From Nemertoderma westbladi (lineage: Eukaryota > Animalia > Xenacoelomorpha): 57,746 nucleotides of DNA. Shown piece by piece: positions 1-12,324 of this stretch. Below the pieces are notes generated by a model, which did no database searches, was not told the origin of the DNA, and saw only the letters and a list, made by a program, of their open reading frames with translations. Positions within the stretch are counted from its first letter, which is position 1, and every line of letters begins with the position of its first letter. The stretch is from the NCBI GenBank assembly GCA_032718475.1, contig JAUCBJ010005699.1, forward strand, positions 1 to 57,746, written 5' to 3'. The position numbers and the translations under genes were made by a program.

Positions 1-594
1 CCCTCTATTTAATTTGCCAGTTTTACGGTTACCTAAAAATGGATCTTTGTAGCCACTAATTTTTATACTGTTACCAGGTGAGTTGTCCGTTAGAAATGTT
101 TCAGAAAAGGTAAGTATGTCAAATTTGTTGTCAATTGTCAATAAAAAATCAGTTATGGCAGATAAATTGGCTGGTAAACTACGGCAGTTAAACTGAAACA
201 CAGAAAGCGAAGGATTATTGTCTGTAAATTTATTTTCGTTATTAAACATTTTCTCAGTGTAAGTACCTCCGTCTATATTTAGGTTTGTTAAATTACTATC
301 AGGGTCGAGATGAGAAAATGTTTGATTAAAAATATTAATTTGGGATGATACATTATAACCAGGAAATATGTCTAAATCATCTGTACTAACTGTGGAAAAA
401 GGGAAAATTTGAGAATAACAGTATATACAATAAATGTCAGTTCGATTTCGCTCAGCAATGAATAGTTCAGTCGGAAGTAGGTATGAGCCACAGGGTAAGT
501 GATATTGATCGGTGCATAGACTACAAGTTATTATACTATCAGTAGGATCGAATCTAGAATAGCAAAAATTACAGAAGTCGGGGGTGTGAGACAT
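1..594 (-). CDS. LINE ORF2 N-terminus: PHD finger plus APE-type endonuclease (partial, not in ORF track)
   Basis: Manual translation from ATG 594 is open to the window edge: CNFC-x12-CSLC-x4-HLPC...CIYC..IFPF, then FQFNCRSL...FDILTFSETFL...KISGY...NR. Confidence 0.88.
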   Translation of the reverse strand, partial: MSHTPDFCNFCYSRFDPTDSIITCSLCTDQYHLPCGSYLLPTELFIAERNRTDIYCIYCYSQIFPFSTVSTDDLDIFPGYNVSSQINIFNQTFSHLDPDSNLTNLNIDGGTYTEKMFNNENKFTDNNPSLSVFQFNCRSLPANLSAITDFLLTIDNKFDILTFSETFLTDNSPGNSIKISGYKDPFLGNRKTGKLNRG

Positions 595-949
595 GGAGCA
601 GTAGAACGCGGGGAAGGAGGAGGAAGGGGGAGGGGGGGGGGGGGGGGGGGTTACAACAATATATCCTAGAGTTTACGTAGACAACAAAAAAGCACACACT
701 AAAAGTAACACAGAATGACCTACGTGAGGTACCGATAAGTTATACCGCTACACTGCACTAACATAAGGAAAAGCCTCTACTGAGATTTATAATGTAGCAT
801 TAAAAACTAGTCCTAATTAACGAATATATAGTGGATATTGTTCTTGAGAATTATTACAGTTCTAAATTGGACTTATTCTTAATTAGTATAAAATTAGAGT
901 GACCCATCATGGCAGTAAACAACCATCAAGTATAAAGTGGCCTATTACT

Positions 950-1810
950 CTAGATATCAGTTTCGGGATCATCGATGATCGGGGTAAAACTCGAGCGCAA
1001 TCGACGAACGGAAGTGTTTGGGCCGTGGTCGCCGGGAGATCCGTGGACCGGGATGCCGACGTCGGAGGATTCGTTAACAGCTTCCTCGTTAGGAGTAGCG
1101 GGAGGACTCCGCTTAAAAGTATCGAGATCGGAAAGGGTGTAGATGAGCGTTGGTTTGTCGGCGAGTTTATGTTTAACGAAGACACTCCCGTTCCTGGTGT
1201 AGGCCGAGTGGAGCGCCTTCGATTTTTTAAGGGATTTGGCCTCACGTAGGATTGCCGACCGTCGAGTGGTTAAGTGCTCAGATGCGTAAACCCCACGAGG
1301 AAGATCGCCTTTATGGGAGAGGATATAATTCCGCGACGAGTGGCGAGTAAATCGAATTATTATCGGTCGAGATGTAGGCTGGCTAGTCGTCTTAGTTGGT
1401 TTAGACTTTGGTTTGGGACCGAGGCGGTGTAGAAGGTCGACATCATCCGCTACACCGAGAGATGTTAGTAGGGTTCTAACCGTTTGTTCATCTCGTTCGT
1501 TTGATGACTCCGGAAGGCCATGCAACAGTAGATTGTTACGATGCAGATATTGCAGTAGGTTGTCGTTGTCCTTGGTTAGTGTATCTACGTCGCGCCGCAG
1601 TAATGAGTTTTCTTTTTTCAGTATCTCGTTTTGAGATTGAACCTTTTGGAGTTCAGACTTGATATCTTTCAGGTCGTCACTCAACGATTGGAAGTGAGAA
1701 TCTAATTTGGTGTTCAGCTTAGACATCGCGTCAGCAGATTTAGCCATTTGAGAGTAGAGTGTAAATGTAAATAGAGATCGAAATTTAAACTTATTTGGTT
1801 CGGGGGGCAA
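950..1810 (-). CDS. LINE ORF1 protein (coiled coil plus RRM/CTD, L1 ORF1p-like); likely ATG at 1747
   Basis: Heptad-rich N-terminal half, then NNLLLHGLPE...HRLG...RPIIIRF...VYASEHLT...AYTRNGSVFVK. Confidence 0.85.
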   Translation of the reverse strand: MPPEPNKFKFRSLFTFTLYSQMAKSADAMSKLNTKLDSHFQSLSDDLKDIKSELQKVQSQNEILKKENSLLRRDVDTLTKDNDNLLQYLHRNNLLLHGLPESSNERDEQTVRTLLTSLGVADDVDLLHRLGPKPKSKPTKTTSQPTSRPIIIRFTRHSSRNYILSHKGDLPRGVYASEHLTTRRSAILREAKSLKKSKALHSAYTRNGSVFVKHKLADKPTLIYTLSDLDTFKRSPPATPNEEAVNESSDVGIPVHGSPGDHGPNTSVRRLRSSFTPIIDDPETDI

Positions 1811-1913
1811 TTGAAATACAGGGTTGTTATAGGGCTAGGTAGTGCTGTACAGCTGTAGTGCAGTGTAGCAGGTAGGTACCGGTACTACTGGCTTAAGTAC
1901 ATGCTTCTAAAGG

Positions 1914-2906
1914 ACTCTTGATACAGTGTAGTTCAGATGACGACATCTATCAGCTGATATGTCCACATAGAGCTTTTTCTTTGTTCTTTGTTCGGCTCGA
2001 CCAATCAGAGCAATTTTCATTTTATTTGCACAGAAGCCTCCGGGAAATCGCGCAATGCATTATGGTCTTTGTTTACCTTTTTTCCTGAGCCCAGAACATC
2101 GGCTGTGGAATTATTCTGTGTTTCAGACTTTAGCCAAACATTAGAACGGCTTTGATCATAGAAACGTATAACTGTTATCAAACTACAAAGCAGACTCATA
2201 GCAAATCAACTCAATCTTTTACCGCATTATTTTACTGCTATTTACTGTCGGTTATTAATTGTTATCAGTTGATGGAATATTGTTATATTTGGAGAATATC
2301 GATAAATAATCATAAAACCCCAATCTTCTTGATATACTAAAGGTTAGAGAGACCGGTTACATATAGCAATTGCGACTTACATTATAGTGGTTTTGGAGTG
2401 AATTGAATGCTATTTCATAGACCCTACATGTGTCAGTTGCTGTTCTCCTTATATATGATTAAAATCAGTGAAGGTCGGCAGATCAGTGTGCAGCAGTGTG
2501 CGGTAGTGTGCATGATTGTGATAGATAACAAAGCATTTCCTAAAGAATGCGCCTTATACGTGAATCATTAGCCATCCCGTTGTGTTTAGTGTAAGTCATA
2601 ACTCTGTTTACATACTTAGAGCGCCACGTCCTAAAGGAACTGTTAATATTTCCCGAAAGTGAATAATATTTGTCAGAGATTATATATTAACGATCAATCG
2701 AATAGTACCGTAAGCCTACACCGCAATAAGGTCAGAGCATCCGAATCCAGTCTCCCTTAACCGTGGGTGAATGATCGCGCATAGGCTGGCTTCGGCTAAT
2801 GTAACTTATGTGTATCAAATACTTGTTATAGGCTAAAGTCGATTTATAACCTAGAAGACACCTAAATTTGGCAGGTTAAACTGCTAAAGGTCTAAAAGCG
2901 CGAACA
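1914..2906 (+). repeat. 5'-truncated LTR of BEL/Pao family A (more diverged copy)
   Basis: Aligns to 18365-19346 and about 44706-45687; ends ...GCGCGAACA; first ~182 bp of the LTR absent. Confidence 0.85.
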
Positions 2907-3446
2907 ATAACAGTTATTGGTTCTTTATTGCAACGTAGGCAATAAAAGGCAAAAGTACCGGTCGACCGGTAACCAGTAGGCCTAACTACCTAACCACCCG
3001 AACCGGTACTTACAGCAGTACAGGTACATCAGTATTATTCGATTTTGATAATTATATACCGGTAGGTATTGATATTTAATCAGGGACTGCAGCCCTGGTT
3101 TTTTATATACCCCAAGTTTATTCCTACAGTAATTGTGCTTGTTATACATACCGTTATAGTTAAATTAACCCCGGTACTACATCAGGGCTGTTTGGCGTAG
3201 GTAAAGACTGGTGATTTTATGCTCTGGTCACTCCGGCAGATACCGTGGTTCTTTTAGCTGTACAAGTATTTTTAACTGCTGGTTATTTGTTGTATAAGTA
3301 CTTGTACCTAATTTAGGGTTTAGTGTACAGTGCTTTCCGAAGGTAATTAGTGTGTAGGCAGTATATTTGTGTTGTAAAGTGGTTAATAGGCACGTTAGCT
3401 ATAGTATCAACAGAATGGAGAATCAACAGACGCTGCCTTTTCTCAG

Positions 3447-5423
3447 GTGGAAAGCGAGGTTACATTAGAGAAACCTCAGAAGAAGGATGCTATTGACATC
3501 TATCTGTCGGACTATCAACGATTTGTAGGAGACGAAGAGTTGAGGAGACGGCTGGCTGGACTTCGCCCTAATAGTGAAGGAGCCAAGTTTGTGTTGGACG
3601 CAATAGATGCGGAAAGGTTAGAAGCGGATCGAGCTAAATTTGATGAAAGAATCCGCATCGTTAGGGAACAGGAAGAACAATTAAAGAAAAAACAAATAGA
3701 AGACAGAAAGGCAGCAACAGCAGCAGCGGCAGAAGTGAAAAGAAACGCTGCAGTGGCAGAGGCAGAAAGAAAAGCTGCAGCGGCAGAGGCAGAAAGAAAA
3801 GCGACAGTGGCAGAGGCAGAAAGAAAAGCGGCAGCGGCAGAGGCAGAAAGAAAAGCGGCAGTGGCAGAGGCAGAAAGAAAAGCGACAGTGGCAGAGGCAG
3901 AAAGAAAAGCGGCAGAGGCAGAAAGAAAAGCGGCAGTGGCAGAGGCAGAAAGAAAAGCGGCAGCGGCGGAAGCCGAAAGAACTGCGGCGGAGGCAGTGGT
4001 AGAAGCAGAAAGGAAGGCATCTGAAGAGACAACCCAACTAGAGTTGGAAAATCTTCAAGAGAAGCAAGACTACTTAAATAAACAGATAACATCTAGTCAG
4101 ATGCAGCTGATAAGTCGATCCACCCCCAAGCGACAGGGCTTTACATCATCGGATGAAGGCGATACAACAGATCCCGAAGGCGGAGGAAATAGATCTCATC
4201 TCAGCAGGCATAGAAGAATGCCCCACTGTCAGAAATTGCCTGATTTGCCCCCAGCTGTGAGAAGGCAATTAGCTAGCACAGACTTAGGTAGTACAGAACC
4301 CACAGACCAAATTATTAGAGTAGAAAGACTCCCTACTATAGTAGATGAGCCTGAAATAATTAAGCCTGTTCTCGAAGCCACCCCCTCTGTGATAGAGACC
4401 CCTGTACTTCCAGAACCCAACTCTAAATTCCCTTTGCACAGCACTAAACTACCTGTGCCCAGCAGAACAGTCCCTGAGACAGTTCCTGTCCTGGACTCCG
4501 AGCGAAATATCAATGATTTGTCGCCCGTTGTCCCTCGTCTACCCGCTACTATGTTGGCGGCTCCCGCTTCGGCGGTCGAGTGGGTGGATGAGAGACGGCG
4601 GGGGATGGATCTCCTGCTCGGGCAGATGCAGGAGTCTGTTCAACAGTTCAAGGGAACAGTAAGGGAAAGTAGGTTAGAGTTGCAAGAAGTGCAGCAGAGC
4701 ATCGCGTTGGAACGCGATAAATTAGTAAATACAAAAAAGGGTATACCACCACCTCCTGTCACAATGTGTCAACCTGTTAGGTCTGAAGTATTTCATGCGC
4801 AAGGTGTGGAGCCTACACGCATCTATACTGCTAGTGAAGTAGAAACTCCTATAGTAAACCCTATTAAGGGTAATTATAAACCTGTTGACAATGATATTCC
4901 ATATAGACCTGATCATAATCCGAGAAATTTATATACCGATAACTCGATATTAAATAACACGATGGCCCCAGAAAGTTTTACGCGTCAAATGGCTAGAACC
5001 GAAGCCCGTCAAGCGGTAAAGGTGGGAGAGATCATCAAGTTCAATGGAGATGAGATGAAATGGTTACCTTTTAATGAATATTATAAAGATAACATACAGA
5101 ACTCTGTGCTATCTAACGGAGAGAAACTTAGATTCCTCATCGAGTGCTTGGAAGGATCTCCCAAGTTAATGGCGTTAAAGTTTATTGGACATCCAGATGG
5201 ATTAAGACAAGTTTGGGATACACTAAACATCAGGTATGGTAATAGGAATAACATAGCTAGGTATTTGTATGCAAAATTGGTAGCGCCCCGAAAGTTCATT
5301 AGCAGCGGGATTATAGAGTTTTCCGATGAGATTCAGGAGATCTGTAGACAATTAGATTGGCTAGGTAAGTCTCATGAATATCAGAGTTCTATGGTTATTG
5401 GAGCCGTGGCAACCGGAAAATAA
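3447..5423 (+). pseudogene. gag: BEL/Pao gag (AERKA alanine-rich coiled-coil repeats, DUF1759-like capsid region)
   Basis: IKFNGDEMKWLPF...EKLRFLIECLEG...WDTLNIRYG; N-terminus missing; deletion near 5413 relative to ~39790-39950 causes a frameshift. Confidence 0.85.
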
Positions 5424-7014
5424 GGTAAGTGAGAAACCCGTTTCTAGGAGAAAGGTAACACCAGTGTGTTATACAGACGACGGCGAAAGCCAGGCCTCTC
5501 AAGAAGAAGACAGTGGGAAAGACACTGAAAGATCTTACTATGTCAACAAAGCGTCTAAAGACGTAAGTAAATATAAGTCTCGAACCAATGACAGGAGAGA
5601 ACAGGTAAGAAAAACTCCTCCTACGTCTCCTAATAGAGTTCTCGGAAGAAAGCCCGAGGAAAGAACGAGAGTGCACAACGTTATCCAAAGTAAGGTAAGT
5701 AACATCAAACCAAAATGTGCGCTGTGCGACGGGCCCCACCGTTTAAGTGCGTGTGATGAATTTTTAAAGAAGTCACTAAAAGATAGACGTGAAGTCATGT
5801 GGGATAAGCGGTTGTGTTATAATTGCCTCAGACAAGGACACCAACGGCGAACCTGTTACTCCGACGCAAGGTGTGCAAAGTGCGGCGCGAAACATCATAT
5901 CTTGTTGCACACTGAATTCGAAAGAAACAGCCCGAGTCAGGTAAGTGAGTCCGAACTACATGTCCAATTCAGTGATGTGAACGACACTGACCAAAGTTCT
6001 GAGATGGAAGGATTCTATACGGACGAATTCTCCGACGAAAACGAATCCTGTTACCTAATAAATACCGCAGTGTATCGAGCACTTACGTATGAGAAGGAAA
6101 CCGACAGTGAGCTCCCCCTAACTACTCCTGACCGACAACCATCTTGGAAAACACCAACTTCCAACGTAGGAATCCGAGAATTTCCCATAGTGCAGTTGAG
6201 AGTCCACGGGCCTGAAAAGAGCTATATAGTGAACGCCCTCCTTGACTCCGGCAGCACAGGAACATTCATCGACTAAGAACTAGCCGAAGACATCTTTGCT
6301 GGACAACCCAAGTTCCGAACTAAGTTGAACATGTCAGGAATTATGCAGGTTTGGAAATCTACAGTAACTACAGATTACTATGTAGGCGCGTTGTCCACCC
6401 CCCAGGATGAACTAGGAGAACACAGTATAAGGTCAGTAAAAATGGTGGTGATAAAGAACTTCGCTACCAGCCAAGTGGAACCTTATAACTGGGATGAGGA
6501 CGATTTCACCCAGCAGCATAAGATACCTAGATTCAACACAGACTACCCTGGAGTGCAAATACTCAGTGGCCAAAATGCGCATGAGGCGCTTGAGACATTG
6601 GAGAAACGGCCTGCTCAACTGCAACCACTACAAACCTATGCGGGAAGAACTAGAGTAGGTTGGTACTTTACTGGCCCTTCCCGTAGAACTCTCATGGAAA
6701 GGTTACCCAAAGAACGGGTCTACCAGGTAAGTGAATGGGAAGAGGAGATCAGTGAGGTAGACGACACAACTGAGGGAACACCATACTCCTCAGATAATGA
6801 CGATATCCACCAACTCTTCGACGAGGAGAATACCATCGACCTCCTTACGGAAAACGAAACTTGGCAAAACCAAGTGAACCTATGTCACCTCATTCATCCA
6901 GCAGGACAAGACGACTACAACGACGAACTGAATGAAGTGATAGATCGCTACAACGCGAAGTCTCGTGATGAACACGCCGTACGATTCTTTACAGTTTCTA
7001 TTTCTTTGCTGTAG
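5374..7014 (+). pseudogene. BEL/Pao gag zinc knuckles and aspartic protease
   Basis: CALCDGPHRLSAC, CYNCLRQGHQRRTC, CAKCGAKHHILLH; protease ALLDSGSTGTF; nonsense codon at 6274-6276. Confidence 0.88.
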
Positions 7015-7166
7015 AGCCCAATTCCTACGATAAGGCCCTATCGGTAGAAGAAGAAAGAGCCAAGCGGATACAAGAAACGACGACACGTTTTCTTAAAGAT
7101 CAAGGTAGATATGAGATTGGTCTGCCCTTCCGACGGCGAGAACCCAATTTTATAAACAACCGACCC

Positions 7167-9026
7167 TTGGCGGAGAAGAGAATTGTGCAACTACATCGAT
7201 GCCTTACGGCAAATGCTTCAGCTAAGGAGATGTACAAGACCCAGCTGAAGAAATTCATTGACAAGGGATATGCGGAGCGAGTACCGGAAGGAACACCCAT
7301 AACTGAGAGAACGTACTATTTAACACATCATTACATTCCCAAACCCTGTAAACCCAATGAAGTCCGGGTAGTATTTGACGGCTCCGCCCTCTACATGGGC
7401 CAATCCCTTAACTCCGAGTTGTTGCCAGGACCCAACTTACTACAATCCTTGTTGGGAATACTCTTAAGATTACGACAATATTCAATTGCTTTCGCCTCTG
7501 ATATAGAAGGCATGTTCTTACAAGTTAAAGCGCTGGATAGGGATCGAGACAGCCTACGATTTCTGTGGTGGCCTGAAGGAGACCTCAACCAGAAACCGGT
7601 GGAGTACTGGATGACCATCCAGGCTTTTGGGATCATCTCGAGCCCTTCAAACGCCTGTTCAGTAGTGTGTACCACTGCTGATGACAACCGGGACGCCTTC
7701 TCCAAAGAGGTTATCGACAACATCAAACGGGATATATACATGGACGACAATTTAAAGTCCCTCCCATCGGTGGAAGAAGCCATTGATGTCGCCAAAGGAA
7801 CGGTAGAGTGCTTGAAAAGAGGTGGATTTCGATTAACTAAATTCACCAGCAACTCCCGTGAGTTTCTGGAATCGATCCCGGTAGAAGACCGAGGAGTTAA
7901 AGATCTAGACCTAATCAAGGACGATCTTCCAGAAACCAAGACGCTTGGTTTGAAATGGGACACAGAGAGAGATATCCTGTTTTTCCAGCTAAAACAGCGA
8001 GATAATCCAGTTCGGACTAAACGGATTTGTTTAAGTATTCTGAGCACTTATTTCGATCCATTGGGATTTATTAGCCCAGTTATATTGATTGCTCGGAGTT
8101 TAGTACAACAAATGTGGCTTGAAAACCACTCATGGGACGATCCACTTAAGGGAGAACTATTAAAGAAGTGGATGAAATGGGAAGATTCTCTACCATCCAT
8201 CGAGAACTTTATAATTTCCCGTTCATATTTTGGTCATGTTCTCCCTACGTATTCCTATCAACTCCATGTGTTTGGAGATGCCAGCGATATGGGAATAGGT
8301 ATAGTAGCCTACCTGAGAGTTGAAACTCCGGATGGAATTAAGGTCGCCTTGGTTACCTCTAAGGCCTTGATAAACAACAAGTTGAAAGTTCCTCGAGCGG
8401 AGTTAAAAGCGGCTCTATACGCTACAGCCATCGGCCGGAATGTAACAGAACAGATCGACTATCCACTGGAGAAAACTGTCTATTGGACCGATGCTTTACT
8501 CGTGTTGGAGTATATAACCAATGAAGTCTGTCAGTTCAGCGTCTTCGTTACCAACAGAGTAGCCATTATACTTAGTCGCACGAAGATAGATCAATGGAGA
8601 CATTGCCCCGGGACGATTAATCCAGCCGACATCGCCTCCAGGGGAGCAACTCCACAAGAACTGATAGATACTCCAGACTGGTTAGGTGGACCCGACTTCC
8701 TAAGCAAGGAAGAGGATGAATGGCCTCCTCATCTTACTACGGCGGAGATTAGACAAGCCAAGGGAGCGGAGAAAGTCAAACCTAAAACCCGGGCGAGTAA
8801 ATCGAAGTTATTTAAACCCGCGATAGATCTGTCTGTACTACACACTTCCGGAGACGACGCTTTGGATCCGAAACCCACAGCCACAAATAAGTCTGTTGTG
8901 GAAATCAGAGAGAGAGATTGGAAATCTGGAATACCAGACGTCTCGCAAGGACTCTCACCCCTCCTGCAGAGAGCGATACATCACTATAGTTCCTGGAATC
9001 GGCTCTGTAAGGCAGTTGCTTATTGA
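7167..9026 (+). pseudogene. pol: BEL/Pao reverse transcriptase and RNase H
   Basis: VRVVFDGS, DIEGMFLQV, YMDD, LGLKW, FDPLG; RNase H LHVFGDAS...PRAEL...WTD...NPADIASRG. Confidence 0.92.
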
Positions 9027-10614
9027 AAGCGATGTTTTCATCATCACTACTCCAGGACGAAGACCACCAGTGATACCGCTCCACTGACATCTGCGCAGGT
9101 CCTTGTTGTTAAAGATCTTCCCAAATACAAGATATCCGACAGGTTTCTGAAGGAGAAGATCAGTTACCAGGAGCATGAAGAAACCAATAAGCAGATACTG
9201 AGACTCCTGCAATGCTATGAGGATTCCGATAAGTATTTCCTGTTGTTGAGAAATCCACAGATGCGCTTAAGGGATCGTTTCTCTAGTACAATGGTGGATG
9301 GGTTAATACGTGTTGGAGGAAGATTAACTAATGCTCCATTATCCTTTGACACTAAGTTTCCCATACTCATTAGAAATCTTGAAATACAAATCAAGATGAT
9401 TGTAGATGTTCACAGTAAGCTTTATCATGCTGGTAGAGAACGAGTTCTTAGCGAAATTCGAACTCGCTATTATTTTTATAAACCCCGTAGAGCTCTGAAC
9501 CAAGTTCTTAGGAACTGCATACCCTGTAGGAAAGCATTCAGTAGGCCTTTAACACAGCGAGAGGCAGAATTACCTAGGGAATGAGTAAGCTTCTATGAAC
9601 CACCCTTTACTCATACCAGTGTGGATTTATTTGGCCCTATTGAAGTATATCGTGCTAGGACTATAGTCAAGAGATGGTGTGTCATCTTTGTCTGTATGAC
9701 TTGTAGAGCTATCCATCTCGATATGGTGAAGATTTATCTACCAATAGCTTCATATTGAGCTTACGCCGACAGATCGCTCGCTTTGGAACTAGTAACACGA
9801 TGAGATCTGATAAGGGAACGAACTTCATTGGTGCCAACAATGAAATCAAGGCTTACGTCAAAGATTGGAACCAAAGACAGGTGGACGATCAGCTAAGGGT
9901 AACAGCATCTAGCTGGACCTTCAACGCCGCCGACGCCCCTTGGTGGGGAGGAAGTTGGGAGAGATTAATCAGGAGTGTGAAGACAGCATTTCACTTTATA
10001 GTGCCGTGCCGCGCGTATCTCACCGACGAACTTTTGCGGATGTTAATGGAGGAAATCGCCGCCTATCTCAACGAGAGACCGCTTATGCCAGTCTCATCGA
10101 GTCCCGATTCCCTGGAAGCGCTAACACCCGCGCACTTCCTACTGAAGAAACCCGTAGCCATGCTCCCACGATCGGAAATCACGGACGGAGATGAATACTG
10201 CCGGCAAACTTGGCAACTTACTTATCCCGTCGTTTCGCTGACCATTTCGAAAAACATTATCTGCCTACGCTACAACTTCGAACTAAATGGTTTGAGCAGC
10301 AAGAAAACGTCAGCGCCAGAGACATGGTCCTTATTGTGGATTCAGATCTTCCACGCAAGCGTTGGCAGACAAGTCATATCATCGAGACTCATATCTCGGA
10401 TGATGGTTTGGTGCGATCGGTATAACTCGTCGTCATGCGACGTAACTTTAAGAAACCGGGAATTGTCTTCGAGACGCAGCAGCGCAATCGCCCAATTGGT
10501 CATTTATGTTTACTGGAAAGAGACAGAGAACTCTCCGGAAACTATGGAAGGCAAGATACTCTTCCCACGACCACCTCCCTAATCCAACAAACATCTAGGG
10601 ACTCCCCAACGTAA
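9027..10614 (+). pseudogene. BEL/Pao integrase with stops and frameshifts
   Basis: GLIRVGGRL, H-x4-H...CIPC, VDLFGP, SDKGTNF, WWGGSWERLI, LTPAHFL. Confidence 0.9.
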
Positions 10615-12324
10615 CAGCGTCTGGAGTGGGTGTGTGACTATATTATTTCATATATTTTTATTATTTTATATTTATGTATGTATTATTATGTAATTTTATT
10701 ATAATCGTTTTCTTTAATTTTATTTAGTAGAATGTTATTTTAGCGATTATTTAGTAGATTAGTGCAATATATATTAGTCTTATTACTTAATTACTTATAT
10801 ATTATATATTTAGTGCGACGGCGAGAAATAATTCTTTTTTCTCTTTCCTTACTGTCCGTAGTACATTATAAATATGTGACTACAGTAAGATGAAATGTCC
10901 GTACTTATTAAAGTGCAATAAAGCTCCTACTATATTCAAGTATTATTGGTAAGTAGAGTATTAGGAATGCAAAATTCAGATCCTCGTGTCTCAGCTAAAC
11001 CAAGCTCTGGGTAGACCTTGGAAACGACTTGCCTCTTCTCACTGACATTGCTTCTTGCGATATTGCGCTCATACTGTATATTGAATAATACATATAGTAG
11101 CGTGATGTCCCTTTAACAGTAGCGTAAAACGCAAAATAAATCTGTTAAACCCTTTGACCATCTGTAATTCTAGTCGATTAAGATATCGCGGCACCCACCG
11201 ATATACTTGAAAGACAAAATTCTAGAATCAGTGGTTAACGTCCCCAGACATGTTCTGGAATAAACCGGTGCCCATCTTAAATATTAACTATTAATATTTA
11301 TAACATCTGTCAAATAGATACAATGGAGTAATTACTTACAAGTTAACTCTAAAAAATCTATAAATTAAAATCTGTAAAATTTTAGATCCTTTAAAATTCT
11401 AGTCTATTAAGATATCGTAGCACTTACCGGTACCGATACTCTTAAAAGGACAAATTTCCTAGAATTAAGGATCCTAGTCCCCAGACATGCTCTGGAATAA
11501 AATTATGTCTGTTTTTAAGGATAAATAATAAAATTTACGGGAATAAATTTAAATTCATCTCTTTTAATGAATTTGATAAATTGTCATTTTATACAATTTA
11601 TAACATTCCCAAAATTCCATTAATTAATAGATCAAGGGAGCGGAGATTCACCCTATTAAGTGTATTAGTGTGCGAGAATCTCCAATATATAGTCAATAGC
11701 CGATAAAATTCATAAAATCATGAATAAAGGGGATATTGACAATTAAAGAATTACTATTAAATAGCATCCCAGATCTGTATGCATGAGAATTACCCTAATT
11801 CTACTGCTAGCTTTCCATAATGTCACCATGGCAACAACCACGCTAGAATTAGAAGCGAGTTAAAAGAACAATAGAAAGCTTGCCCCATTGAATAGCATAG
11901 GGAATAAATAGCACACTGCTAGTATCCAAGGATACATAATAATAACGTAGCATTCTGGAAGGCACTTGACTAACGGACAAATGGCCTGAATGTGTACAAT
12001 TTGTGACAGTTGTGTGGAATTTGTGCGTTTATAGGTGAATGTTACTACTAAAGTGTGTTTACAGTAGCGAGTCGCAATTGTGAAAGTAGCCCTAACTCTG
12101 CAGTAAGAACCTGAAGTAAATCTAAGCCTTTGGGACGGACAGTGGAGTGACTTGTGCCGGTTATCGTTGTCGTTGTGTAGCTACTACGTTGGCGAAAAAC
12201 ACAGCGATGACGGTACATCGGCGCTGAGGATCTTGCACTGTCCGGGGGCCGAGAGGGGTAGGCAGCGACTCCCGCTAGCCTAATTATAAACTCATTATAA
12301 TATTAATAAACTCATATAGCAGCT

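Larger units (their letters stand above)
1..1913 (-). mobile_element. 5' portion of a CR1/L2-group LINE; runs off the left edge
   Basis: ORF1 with coiled coil and L1-type RRM/CTD, followed on the same strand by an ORF2 beginning PHD plus APE endonuclease; LTR homology begins at 1914. Confidence 0.85.

Noticed and set aside
626-650. Poly-G run as a functional G-quadruplex (also about 56739-56763)
   Set aside because: Simple homopolymers of uncertain length with no supporting context
3661-4092. Antisense Leu/Pro-rich and Cys-rich ORFs (also 22527-22824)
   Set aside because: Shadows of the AERKA repeat in gag
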